From positions 864,001 through 928,000 of the forward strand of contig OY970166.1 of the NCBI GenBank assembly GCA_963706595.1: a stretch of DNA of 64,000 nucleotides, in the 5' to 3' direction. Source of the DNA: an uncultured cyanobacterium (GTDB lineage: Bacteria > Cyanobacteriota > Cyanobacteriia > Cyanobacteriales > Nostocaceae). Shown in pieces: positions 45,672 to 57,000 of the stretch. How positions within the stretch are numbered: the first letter of the stretch is position 1; every line of letters starts with the position of its first letter. Both the position numbers and the translations under genes were made by a program. Below the pieces are notes generated by a model, which did not search any database, was not told the origin of the DNA, and worked only from the letters and a program-made list of their open reading frames with translations.

Positions 45672-45877
45672 TCAGCCATTATAATTCATTGGGGTTAAAT
45701 AACGGCATACCGATTTTACAGGCTACGGTGTACACAGAAGTCGAAAAAGCTTACCCACATTGGCTTGAACCTCGTAGGGTGCGTTATGGACGCTAGTCCT
45801 AACACACCGGGAATTGAAGATGGTGCGTTGCGCTACGCAACAACACACCCTACACCTGAAGTCCTCACTACGAACCA

Positions 45878-47953
45878 TTAAAAGTTTGAGGTTAAACCCA
45901 CACGAAAAGTTAAGCCAGGACTGTAGATGCGATTAACTCGTTCATATTGTTCGCCGAGTAAATTCTCTAGATAAACTGTCAGTCCCAAATTACGGGTGAC
46001 AGGAATACGACCACTCAAATCTAAATTTAAGAAAGCAGGTGCAAAATCTCTATTTGTATCACCAGGAAAATTAAACAAGGCTCGGCGAGTGCCACTGTTA
46101 TAGGTAACATACAAATTAGCGTTCCAGCCTAAATTTTGATAACCTACACCAGCTTGAGCCACAGAATAAGGAATCAAACCTAATTGTAAACCTGCTTCTG
46201 TGCCTGTTTTGATTTGAGCATCTGTATAAGTATAGTTAAGAAAAGTTGACCAGCCATTGGCAATTTGTAATCGTAATGCGGCTTCTAAACCATTAGTATT
46301 TACTAACCCAATATTTTCCCATCTACCAGCGATAATTCCCAAACGATTATCTAAACTACTGCCGAAATAAGTAAACTGTCCAATCAAATTATTTGTCAGT
46401 TTGATATCTACTCCCGCAGTCCAAGATGAACCTGTTTCTGGGATTAAATCGGCGTTAGGTTCCCAACCGTGAACTGTATCATAAACATATAATTGATCTA
46501 ACCCAGGATTACGCTGTCCCCCAGCCCAACTTCCGCGCATTACTACTGTTGGTGAGAGAGCATAACGTAAGCCAGCACTAGGGTTGAGATAATTACCAAA
46601 CTGTCCATCAAAACTTTGTCTTAGCCCTAAATCTATCTGAAAATTATCGCTCAGGTTTAAAGTGTTCACAGCAAATAAAGCTGTATTTAACACGTCTCTA
46701 TTTTCAGTCTCATTATTAACAATTCTATCAGGTCTGGTACTAAAAGTATCTCCATTTAAATTAGTATTTTTCAAATCTAATCCCCAGCGTAACTGATAAC
46801 TGGGCGTTAACTTCCAAGCATGATCGACTCTAGCTGTAAGTTGTTGTGTATCTAAAACACCTCTACGGTTAAATTCTTGTCCTGCAAATGCAGTCGGACC
46901 ATAAGTGCTGAAGTAATCTTTGTTGTAACCGAGTGTGGTGGTGAGATTGGAACTTTCGCCTTCACCCAAGCGAGTTTTCCAAGATAAACCCACATTTAAA
47001 CCATCATGGTCTAATCTATCTCTTTGCAGTGGAAAACCGAAATAAATTAAGCCACGACGACTGCTGAGTGTTTTAACATCTAAATTTAAAGAGTTTTTAC
47101 TATCTAAATCTAGACCAATACTGCCAAAGTAAGCACTAGTAGCTGTGTCTGCATTTGATAAAAATCCTTCAGGATCACGATTGGCTGCACCAACGGGAAC
47201 GCGATAACGATTATCTATAAAATACCTTTCAAAGCTGAAATTATACCGAGCATCACTAACTGAGCCACCATAGCTTACTTGTTGATTATTTAAATTTAAT
47301 GAGCCAAATTCTGCACTACCGGTTAATCTTGGTTGACTATAACCTTCTTTGGTGATGATATTAACTACACCGCCAAAGGCTGATGAACCATACAAAGCAG
47401 AGGTGACACCACTATATAGTTCTACTCGTTCAATCGCCTCTACAGGAATGCTATTTAAATCTGTTCCACCATGATAAGTGTTGACATTATTATTAATTGG
47501 TCTGCCATTAATTAAAAATACAGACTGTTCAATTGAAGCTCCCCGATAGTATGTACCTGTGTGAATATCTGCACCATGTCCGACATTATTGATGGTGAAA
47601 CCAGGCATTCTTTTTAATACATCTGCTACACTTGTCGCCCCCTGTTGTTGAATTTCTTCTTTATCGATGACGTAAACAGGGGTAGACTCAGGCAAAGGGT
47701 CTTTTTCCCCGATGACTTCTATGGAAATATCTGCATCGTCGTTGGAATTTGATTCTATTTCTGGCTGAGTTTCTGGTGTTACTTCAATCGGTATAGATTC
47801 TTGAGTTAATAATTCAGCATTGGTAACAGGTAACTCAATTTCACTCAAGTTAAAAATAGTTGAATTTACCTGTTCTGCATCAGTAGCAAGTGCCGGTAAA
47901 GCCATTAATAAATTCGGTAAAGCAACTGGTAGGAGAAAAAAATACTTGTTCAC
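45878..47953 (-). CDS. TonB-dependent receptor
   Basis: plug motif IERVELYSG..YGSSAFGGVVNIITK; beta-barrel ending in Phe. Confidence 0.93.
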   Translation of the reverse strand: MNKYFFLLPVALPNLLMALPALATDAEQVNSTIFNLSEIELPVTNAELLTQESIPIEVTPETQPEIESNSNDDADISIEVIGEKDPLPESTPVYVIDKEEIQQQGATSVADVLKRMPGFTINNVGHGADIHTGTYYRGASIEQSVFLINGRPINNNVNTYHGGTDLNSIPVEAIERVELYSGVTSALYGSSAFGGVVNIITKEGYSQPRLTGSAEFGSLNLNNQQVSYGGSVSDARYNFSFERYFIDNRYRVPVGAANRDPEGFLSNADTATSAYFGSIGLDLDSKNSLNLDVKTLSSRRGLIYFGFPLQRDRLDHDGLNVGLSWKTRLGEGESSNLTTTLGYNKDYFSTYGPTAFAGQEFNRRGVLDTQQLTARVDHAWKLTPSYQLRWGLDLKNTNLNGDTFSTRPDRIVNNETENRDVLNTALFAVNTLNLSDNFQIDLGLRQSFDGQFGNYLNPSAGLRYALSPTVVMRGSWAGGQRNPGLDQLYVYDTVHGWEPNADLIPETGSSWTAGVDIKLTNNLIGQFTYFGSSLDNRLGIIAGRWENIGLVNTNGLEAALRLQIANGWSTFLNYTYTDAQIKTGTEAGLQLGLIPYSVAQAGVGYQNLGWNANLYVTYNSGTRRALFNFPGDTNRDFAPAFLNLDLSGRIPVTRNLGLTVYLENLLGEQYERVNRIYSPGLTFRVGLTSNF

Positions 47954-48112
47954 TTTGTGTTCTTACATTTAGTAAAAATTACTCAGTAGTATTTTTGCTC
48001 CTACAGTAAAACTATGTCAAAAGACATCCTGTCATAGTTCCTTTGATTTTCACTTTTAACGAAAAGAGATAGAGAGGACTTAAGTCCTCACTACGAACTA
48101 TGACAAATTTGA

Positions 48113-49219
48113 CTAAGCAACTTTTGAGGGGTTGAGGAAGGAATAGTCAATATAGCCCTTCTCGTCGCCTCCGTAGAAGCTGCTGCGGTCAGGTTCATTC
48201 AAGGCTGTATCTAGGCGAAAACGTTCTAGTAAGTCTGGATTGGCTATATATAATGTGCCGAAAGAAACCAAGTCAGCATTACCAGAGGCGATCGCACTAT
48301 TAGCTTTTTCTTTGTCATAACCACCATTGGTAATCAGTGTTCCCTGATAAATAGCCCGGAAGTAATCAACTGGAATCGCTGTACCACCATGCCGGATATC
48401 TGCTGGTGTGGGTTCCATTACGTGAATATACCCTAGCCCAAATTGGTTGAGTGCATCAATCACATAGCTAAATGTGGCTTTGGGATTTGAGTCACGGATA
48501 TCGTTATAAGTGTTGCTGGGCGAAAGCTTAATTCCCACACGATTGCCACCCCAAACGCTACATACAGCGTCGGTAACTTCCAGGAGGAAGCGGGCGCGAT
48601 TTTCGATAGATCCACCATAGCGATCGCCTCGTTGATTTGCACCATCTTGAAGAAACTGATCGAGCAAATATCCAAAGGCTCCATGAATCTCCACACCATC
48701 AAAGCCCGCAGCTAGGGCATTTTTGGCTCCCTGGCGAAATTGGTCAACTACATCGGCAATTTCCTCTGTTTCTAAAGCACGAGGGGTAACAAAGGGTTGA
48801 GAACCAGTATAAGTCATGGCATCACCTACAGGTGCGATCGCCGAAGGAGCCACTGGTAACGCACCATCTGGTTGCAAAGAAGGGTGAGAAATTCGTCCTA
48901 CGTGCCACAGTTGCAAAAATATCCGCCCACCTAAATTATGTACAGCATCTGTTACCTGCCGCCATCCCTCAATCTGTTCTGGGGAATGAATCCCAGGCGT
49001 TGCGGGATAGCCCACGCCTTGGGGTGATACTTGTGTCGCTTCACTCACAATCAATCCCGCCGTGGCTCGTTGAGCGTAATACTTGGCATTGATTGCTGTA
49101 GGAACGTTCCCATCTCCGGCACGATTGCGAGTCATTGGAGCCATCACAATGCGATTGGGCAGTGTGTAGGGGCCTAGTTGGACGGAAGCGAATAAATCGG
49201 TGCTAGTTAGATTAGTCAT
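48113..49219 (-). CDS. alkene reductase (old yellow enzyme, NemA-like)
   Basis: NRIVMAPMTR, QLWHVGR, GFDGVEIHGA.GYL. Confidence 0.95.
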   Translation of the reverse strand: MTNLTSTDLFASVQLGPYTLPNRIVMAPMTRNRAGDGNVPTAINAKYYAQRATAGLIVSEATQVSPQGVGYPATPGIHSPEQIEGWRQVTDAVHNLGGRIFLQLWHVGRISHPSLQPDGALPVAPSAIAPVGDAMTYTGSQPFVTPRALETEEIADVVDQFRQGAKNALAAGFDGVEIHGAFGYLLDQFLQDGANQRGDRYGGSIENRARFLLEVTDAVCSVWGGNRVGIKLSPSNTYNDIRDSNPKATFSYVIDALNQFGLGYIHVMEPTPADIRHGGTAIPVDYFRAIYQGTLITNGGYDKEKANSAIASGNADLVSFGTLYIANPDLLERFRLDTALNEPDRSSFYGGDEKGYIDYSFLNPSKVA

Positions 49220-49261
49220 GACAGTATTTAATGTTGATGGGTAGTATGAAAAAACTGGCGA

Positions 49262-50739
49262 TTACAAAGAAAGACCAAGTGCTTCAGCAACACCTTTACC
49301 GTAAGCTGGATCGGCTTTGGCAAATAGGGCTAGTTGGCGTTCGATAATAAATTTCGGGACATCTTCTAAAGAAGCGGCAATGTTGGTAAATAGCCTTTCT
49401 TGTTGATCTGGGGATAGTAAGCGGAACAATTCACCAGCTTGGGTGTAATCATCAGTGCCATCACGATAGTCATAGCGATCGCCAAAGGCGGGGCTTTGCC
49501 CATCGCCATCACCAGAAATTTTCACAGGTGGTTCTGTATACTGCGAATCTGCCACAGGTCCATTAAAGCTATTGGGTTCGTAGTTCACAGAACCTTTGCC
49601 GTTATCGTCGTGGCGCATTAAGCCATCTCGATGATAGGTGTGTGCCTTGGTTGCATGGGGACAGTTGACGGGGAGACTTTCATAATTCACACCCAAACGA
49701 TAGCGATGGGCATCGGGATAAGATATAATCCGCGCCTGAAGCATTTTATCTGGACTCAAAGAAATTCCTGGCACGACATTTGAGGGAGCAAAGGCAGACT
49801 GTTCCATTTCCGCAAAGTAATTTTCGGGATTGCGGTTTAGTTCCAGAATCCCCACCTCGATTAACGGATAATCTTTGTGAGGCCAGACTTTAGTTAAATC
49901 AAAAGGATTGTAAGGAGTTTTTTCGGCATCGGCTTCTGGCATAATCTGTACCATAAAGCGCCATTGCGGATAATCACCCCATTCGATGGCGTAGAATAAA
50001 TCACGCTGGGCGCTTTCGCGGTCTTCACCGACAACTTGGGTTGCTTCTTCGTTGGTGAAATTCTGAATGCCCTGTTTGGTTTTAAAATGAAATTTCACCC
50101 AAAAGCGTTCATTGGCGGCATTGATGAAGCTGTAAGTATGACTACCGTAACCATTCATGTAACGATGACTTTGGGGTAAACCGCGATCGCTAAATAAAAT
50201 TGTGACTTGATGCAAACTTTCCGGTGTTAGTGACCAAAAATCCCACATAGCAGTAGGATTACGTAGATTAGTTTTGGGATCGCGTTTTTGGGTGTGGATA
50301 AAATCACTAAATTTTAATGGATCGCGGACAAAGAACACGGGTGTATTATTACCTACCATGTCCCAATTACCTTCTGCGGTGTAGAACTTGACAGCAAAGC
50401 CCCGCACATCTCGTTCAGCATCAGCAGCCCCCCGTTCACCCGCAACTGTGGAAAAACGGGCTAGTATCTCAGTTTGCTGCCCTATTTGGGAGAAGAGTTT
50501 GGCTTTTGTATATTGGGTGATGTCATTTGTGACTGTGAATGTACCATAAGCACCTGTACCTTTGGCATGAACGACTCTTTCAGGAATTCTTTCCCGATTA
50601 AAGTGCGCCATTTTCTCTATCAGGTGAAAGTCTTGCATTAATAGGGTTCGCGCTGTCCCGCCGTCAAGGAGTTTTGGTTATCACTGACGGGTATTCCAGC
50701 ATCAGTGGTGAGAATTTTTTTCTCGGATTCGGGATTCAT
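49262..50739 (-). pseudogene. katA: monofunctional small-subunit heme catalase, frameshifted near 50642
   Basis: [37 protein letters not shown]-terminus [23 protein letters not shown] is one base out of frame. Confidence 0.85.
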
Positions 50740-51011
50740 GGTTTTGTGTGGGTGAATTTTTTTTAAACGTTCGCGTAGCGTGCGCGCAGCGCATACCGCA
50801 GAGGCGCAGAGGACGCAGAGAGTTAAGAATGGGATGATTTGTATTGGGGAGGAAGGGGGATAATTTTAGGAGTTTCCAGAAAATAAATTGCCCCATTTCA
50901 TCAGACCATATTTGTTCTTTATCCCCCCTGCTCCCTGCTCCCTGCTCCCCTGCCTACGTCACCAATGGAATATTTTTTAATTGGAAGTCCCTTAGATGGG
51001 GATTCCAGTTT

Positions 51012-51659
51012 TTATTGCTTTGCTAGATAGTCTAAATGGGCGGCTATGTAGCCAAAGTTGGGCAGACGATTCATGTAAAGTCCGCCAATTGCTGCTGCTG
51101 TGGGTTTGGTCCAATCTGCCTGGAGTTCTGCTAGTACCATGTTGGTGTTAGCAATTTTTACCCCAGCTTGACTCATGCGGAACATTGACGCATACATGGC
51201 GTGTTGGTTGACTGTGCCTGAAGCATCCATGACGGCATAAACGTCAAAACCTGCACCGACTGCGCTGATGGCGGGAAAGGTTAGGCATACATCGGCTGTG
51301 ACTCCGGCCATAATCAGTTTTTGGCGGTTGGTTTTCTTGACTGCATCCACAAATGCGGGGTCATTCCAAGCGTTAATGATTACGCGGTTAATAATTGGTG
51401 CGTCGGGTAAGGTAGCAATTAATTCTGGAAATAGCGGACCGTTAGCACCATTAGGATTGCTAGTTGTGAGAATGGTGGGTAAATTAAATACTTGAGCGGC
51501 TTCTGCTAACCAAAGGGTATTATTTTTTAAGTTAACTGCATCAATGTCGGTGAGTCCAAATGCCATTGTGCCGACTTGATGATCAATTAACAACATGGCA
51601 GCATTATCAGGGGTGAGTTGCTCAAACAAAACCTTGTTGTCAATGGCAATATTGGTCAT
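51012..51659 (-). CDS. isochorismatase-family hydrolase (YcaC-like)
   Basis: LLIDHQ, NGPLFPEL, INAW, DVCLTFPA, DASG. Confidence 0.9.
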   Translation of the reverse strand: MTNIAIDNKVLFEQLTPDNAAMLLIDHQVGTMAFGLTDIDAVNLKNNTLWLAEAAQVFNLPTILTTSNPNGANGPLFPELIATLPDAPIINRVIINAWNDPAFVDAVKKTNRQKLIMAGVTADVCLTFPAISAVGAGFDVYAVMDASGTVNQHAMYASMFRMSQAGVKIANTNMVLAELQADWTKPTAAAIGGLYMNRLPNFGYIAAHLDYLAKQ

Positions 51660-51758
51660 ACGATTTTAGATTTTAGATTTTAGATTTTGGATTTACCCCA
51701 CAGATAAATATCGGGACTTGTACCATTACAAAGTCATGCTTTTCTGTGGGTAGATTGT

Positions 51759-52310
51759 TCAGTTTGCTTTCAGTACTTCCAAAAGTGTCTTGAGTAGGTT
51801 CTGAAAATTGCAGGCATTTTCGTAGCGATAACCATTAATAAAAAATGCAGGTGTATCAGTGACACCGTTATGCACGCCGCTTTGCCAGTCTTGATTTACC
51901 CGGTCAGCATAGGCATGATTTGTCATATCCCGGAGAAATTTGGGAATATTCAGTCTTAATTGCTGGGCGTACTCTACTAAGTAACCATTATTTAGTTCGT
52001 TTTGGCACTTAAATAAAGTTTCGTGCATTTGCCAGAATTTACCCTGATAGCCTGCTATTTCAGCAGCTTCGGCGGCTTTTTGTGATTGGGGATAAATTTG
52101 AGCTTGGGGAAAATGACGGTATACAAAACAAATTTTGTTACCAAGTTCTTGCTGAATTTTTGGGATTATCCTGTGAGCTTCTCCACTATGAGGGCATTGA
52201 TAATTGCCATACTTAACCAGCACTATAGGCGCATCTATGGTTCCTTGAGTGCGGCGATCACACTCAGAAATTTGCACGCTCAACCTGTTATGATCATTTG
52301 TCTGGCTCAT
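51759..52310 (-). CDS. DsbA-family thioredoxin-fold protein
   Basis: YQCPHS (CxxS), YRHFP, GVTDTPAFFING. Confidence 0.9.
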   Translation of the reverse strand: MSQTNDHNRLSVQISECDRRTQGTIDAPIVLVKYGNYQCPHSGEAHRIIPKIQQELGNKICFVYRHFPQAQIYPQSQKAAEAAEIAGYQGKFWQMHETLFKCQNELNNGYLVEYAQQLRLNIPKFLRDMTNHAYADRVNQDWQSGVHNGVTDTPAFFINGYRYENACNFQNLLKTLLEVLKAN

Positions 52311-52626
52311 GAAAAACCTTAGTGAAAGACAACGCTTAAAAGTCTGTGAAAATCAGTCCACAGGTTCAGCATCGTCTAGGGTTTAATATATAAAATTAGT
52401 AAAAGTTTGTCCCTATGCCAAGGTTGAAGTTTTTAGCATATATAAAGGTGAAGCATAATTTGACCAGGAGAGTAGGAGATTACCCTAACTTGAGGCTAGG
52501 TTTAATCCGTAGTTCGTAATTAAGAAACTTTAAAGGCTTTTGAACTGATGGATGTAATATTATTAATTCGTAATGCTTACAGTTTGGGCAATTTATCGCT
52601 ATCCCATAGTCAAAAAGATTACAACT

Positions 52627-52718
52627 CAGAACTTACGCAAAATCATGAAAAAACGAACCGCAAAGGACACAAAGAACACAAAGAAAAGAAGGTTTCAGGA
52701 GTTATTGCGTAAGTCCTA
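52627..52718. mobile_element. 92-bp MITE
   Basis: CAGAACTTACGCAA ... TTGCGTAAGTCCTA inverted ends with CAACT duplicated on both sides. Confidence 0.75.
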
Positions 52719-52765
52719 CAACTAAACCAGAATTTAACAACCATCCTCTAACCCCAGAAGGAAGC

Positions 52766-52993
52766 ATGACTCAAAAGACCTATCAACTACCTCTGACCTT
52801 TGAACAAATTCTTAATCTTGTACTACAACTTCCAGTACCAGAACAAGAAAAACTCATTCAAGAAATAAAGAAAAAATCTCCAACAAATAAAAATGAAGAT
52901 TTACTGAGTGTTTTTGACAGAATCGGCAGAAATGCTCAAGCTAAAGGATTAACAGCAGAAATTCTAGAAGAATTACTTGCCGATGAATCATAA
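52766..52993 (+). CDS. putative antitoxin
   Basis: 75 aa, overlaps the PIN gene; AQAKGLTAEILEELL. Confidence 0.75.
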   Translation: MTQKTYQLPLTFEQILNLVLQLPVPEQEKLIQEIKKKSPTNKNEDLLSVFDRIGRNAQAKGLTAEILEELLADES

Positions 52994-53399
52994 ACTAATT
53001 GTCATTGACACAAATGTTTTACTTAGTGCTACCCTGAGTCCAGAAGGAACAGCCCGTAAAGCCTTAGATAAAGCCTATCAAAAATTCAAACTAGCTCAAA
53101 GTGATGCAACTTATCAAGAATTAAAGACACGAATTTACAAACGTAAGTTCGATAAATATATCTCAGATGAAGACCGACAAGATTTTTTGAATATAGTAAA
53201 AAAATACAGTCAATTTATAAAAATAAAATCTCAGGTAAACACCTGTAGAGATCCAGACGATAACAAATTTTTAGAACTATTTAAAGATTCCAATGCAGAG
53301 TTTCTGATTACAGGAGATCAAGACCTTTTATCACTCAAAACCTTGGCTGAATATCAAAACCAGATCATTACTCCCAGAGACTTTGTAGACGTGGATTAG
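52983..53399 (+). CDS. PIN-domain toxin
   Basis: VIDTNVLLS, CRDPDDNKFL, ITGDQDLL. Confidence 0.92.
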   Translation: MNHKLIVIDTNVLLSATLSPEGTARKALDKAYQKFKLAQSDATYQELKTRIYKRKFDKYISDEDRQDFLNIVKKYSQFIKIKSQVNTCRDPDDNKFLELFKDSNAEFLITGDQDLLSLKTLAEYQNQIITPRDFVDVD

Positions 53400-53422
53400 C
53401 GTGAACAAGTTTCTGAGGATTT

Positions 53423-54055
53423 CTACTGAAGGCTAACAATTCCTCGCTTTAAGGCTGTAATTACTGCCTGAATGCGATCGCTTACTCCCAATTTACTGTA
53501 AATATTATTAACATGGTACTTGACAGTTCCCTCTGATATCTGCAATGCAAAACCAATTTCTTGATTGCTTTTACCAGTCGTAATCAGTCGCATGACTTCT
53601 AATTCTCTTTTGCTCAGTTGCAGACTACCAACTCGCTCTGCTAGTTTACTGCCGACGGAAGCGGGAATATATTTTTTGCCAGAGTTAACAATCCGAATGG
53701 CTGCTAGTAGTTCGTCAGGTTCGGCATCTTTGAGTAAATAGCCTTTAGCCCCAGCTTTTAATCCCCGATAGATATCTTCGTCACCGTCGTAGGTAGTCAG
53801 CACAATAATTTGGGCGTTGGTAAACTCCGCATCAATGGCAGTAATGGCAGCAACACCATCCATTTTTGGCATTCGTAAATCCATTAAAGTCACATCAGGT
53901 TGATGTTGGCGAAATGCTAAAACTGCCTCATGTCCGTTATCCACCAGGGCGACAACTACCATATCTGATTCCCTGTTAATCATCGCCGCTAAACCCTGGC
54001 GGACTACAGGATGATCATCAACAATTAAGATGCGAATCGAGATTTTTTGCGTCAT
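53423..54055 (-). CDS. NarL/LuxR-family response regulator
   Basis: VDDHP, LMDLRMP, LSKRELEV..GKSNQEI..TVKYHV. Confidence 0.95.
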   Translation of the reverse strand: MTQKISIRILIVDDHPVVRQGLAAMINRESDMVVVALVDNGHEAVLAFRQHQPDVTLMDLRMPKMDGVAAITAIDAEFTNAQIIVLTTYDGDEDIYRGLKAGAKGYLLKDAEPDELLAAIRIVNSGKKYIPASVGSKLAERVGSLQLSKRELEVMRLITTGKSNQEIGFALQISEGTVKYHVNNIYSKLGVSDRIQAVITALKRGIVSLQ

Positions 54056-57000
54056 TATCGATTAATATCATAATTTCTGTTCCCTGTCCTGGGATACTTT
54101 GGATAGTGAGGTTTGCACTAATGCGATCGCAACGTTCTTTCATACTGATCAATCCAAAACCCTGCACCATAGACAAACTATCCATCTCAAAACCCTGCCC
54201 ATTGTCTTTGACCCGCAGGATAAATTCAGTGGGTTGATACACTAACTCAATCTGAATCTCACTGGCTTGTGCATATTTAACTGCATTTGTCAATGCCTCT
54301 TGTCCAATACGCAGCAAGTTATTTTCTCTGTCTATGGATAACCGGTATACTTCCCCGATGACTGTGCAGATGATCTGCGTATCAATAGCAGACATTTGTG
54401 CTGCTAGACGGTTAAAAGCTTTACGTAGATTGCTAGTTTCTAATATTTGTGGACGCAGGGCGTTAACAGACCGCCTAGCCTCAGCCAGTCCTTCACGCGC
54501 CAAATCCCGTGCTTGATTGATATGCGCCTGAACATCTGCTGATTCATCCGTGATGATTCTGGAAGCCGCACCCAACTGGATAATTACACCTGTGAAGGCT
54601 TGAGCTAGAGTATCATGGATTTCTCTAGCCATACGGTTACGTTCTTCTAAAATCGCAGCTTGGCGACCTTGCTCGGCTAAGTTGGTTAACTGAATTGCTA
54701 AGGTGGCTTGCTGTGCCAACGCCATAATTAATTCCATATTTTCAGGTAAGCTAGTTCTGGCTTCCCGGAAGCAAAACCCGATAAATCCCAAGGGACGATC
54801 GCCCAAAATCAATGGTACACGCAAAATAGAACGATGCCCTTGATTTTGATGCCATTTCATCCGGGGGGATACCCTTTCATCCCAGTTATCCAAGTTAAAC
54901 AATACAGGTTCTCCTTGAAAAAGTGCTTTCTCCCAAAACGAAGCGATATCTCCGGGAATAGCTTTTTTAAATTGAGATAGTTCAGGAGTTGTTTTGATGG
55001 GAAGTACCTTTCCTTCTCGCACATATCGTTTCATTACTCGTGTATTTGATGACTGATCGTAGAGGAATAAAGCCGCAGCATAGGAATTAATTTGAGCCGA
55101 GGCTTCTAAAAGAATATGTTCCCAAAATGTTTCGCAGTCTGGTTGATCTGCCAGTCGATTCACACAGCCTCGTAATGATTCATTGGCTTTCGCCAGTTCC
55201 GCAACTCTTTTTTCGGCTATTCTGGCGCGTTCTGTAATTAGACACTCTACTAATTGTTTACGGTGTAATGCGGCTCCAATACTTTCAGCCGCAGCAGTGA
55301 GTACGTCTATTTCCTGTTGGTTCCACTGGCGAGGAGTGACACAATCATCAAAGCCGACACAACCGATGTAGCTTCCCTCAATAAATATGGGGACAACACC
55401 TGTAGATTTGATTTGCAGTTTATCAAATTGCTGTCGTGTAATTACAGGTAATTCATCTATGACCCGCCACATAGACTGACCTTGATAAAGTGGTTGAATC
55501 ATGACTTGGAAATTATCATTGTCCATAATAGACATCCCCACAGAATCATGGTCTGCGATTCCGGCTGCAACCCATTCATAGATGACGCAGTGCTTTAGAC
55601 GTTGAGTGGATGGATCTTGATGTTCTAAAATCAGGACAGCACGACTCATATTCACTAGTTTTCCCACAGTTTCCAGAGCCGTGGGAATTGCCACATCAAT
55701 ATCTTCAGTTTTCAACAAATCTTTGGTAATTTGGGCAACTACAGAAAGTAAGCTGTCTCTCTGTTGTAAAGATAGATTAGCTGTTGCTAGTTCTGCGACT
55801 CGTTTTTGTTCAGCTTGGAGTAAGGCTTGTTGAGCTGCAAGTAATTGGGTTTCCCTCTGGACAATTCCTTCGTTAGCTAAAATATTCGCCACGGCGATCG
55901 CCACTAAATCACTAATCCCTTTGAATAAGGAAATGTGTTGCTCACTATAAAAGTTACGCTGTTGGGAGTTGAATGATAACATCCCAATTTTTTTACCCCC
56001 GCAGTAGAGAGAACCGCCAATCATCTGCTGTAAACCTGCGTTTATGCCGATTTCAAACTGACCTCGACATGATTTGAGAAAATATTCTGCTTGTTCTGGT
56101 AATGAACAAATCACTGGTGATTCAGCATAGATCCATGCTTGGGGTTTATGCCCTAAAAATGGGAAAAAACCTAATAGTCCCGCTTGAGTAAGTTGGGTTT
56201 GAATGGCATCGGGTAGGACTTGATCATCTAAAATTTCATATATATGTTCACCAGTTTGATCCAAGACAAACAAACCTGCATTATCGTAGGGAAAAACAGG
56301 TTTAATTTGTTCATAGATGACTTTGAGTAATTGTTTGTGATTTTGGACTTTGGCGATCGCTTGGCTGATACTGAATAAAACTTCTTGTTGTGTTTTGCGT
56401 TCTAAAAGTTCTTGGTTGAGTTGGGTAAGCTGGGCATTCACCCTTGCTAATTCTGCTACTCTGGCTTGTTCAGCTTGCAGTAAGGCTTGTTCCCTACGTT
56501 TTCGCTGAATGGCACTACCAATACAAGTGGCTGCGGTTTTGAGTACATCCAGTTCCGCCAAATTGCGCCTCTTGGCTGCACGACAGTCATCAAAACCCAC
56601 TACTCCCCAATACTGATTTTCGACAAAAATCGGCACACCATATAATGCTTTTACACCAATTGCTGCTTGTCCACTGCGAAATGGTTCCGGCATTTCCTCC
56701 AGTAAATAGCTAATGCTGTCACCTTGGCGACAACGCTCATACCATGCTTCTATTCCCTCCCAAGTTCCTTGGGCTACATCAGGATCAGAGATTTGAGACA
56801 CAGTATCACAGGAAGTCCATTCGTATAAAAGTCTCCAGTGCGCCACTGTTGGATTAGATGGAAACTGAAAATTTTCAATCACTGTGACGCGATCGCAATC
56901 CAAACTTTCTCCCATAATTTGCAGTGCTGTATTAACTGCTGCATCAAAGTTGTCTATTGTCAATAATGCTGTGGTTGCTGCGGCTGTGGCTGACAACAGG

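Noticed and set aside
47954..48110. Cobalamin riboswitch or Fur box upstream of the TonB receptor
   Set aside because: No B12-box or convincing Fur palindrome visible
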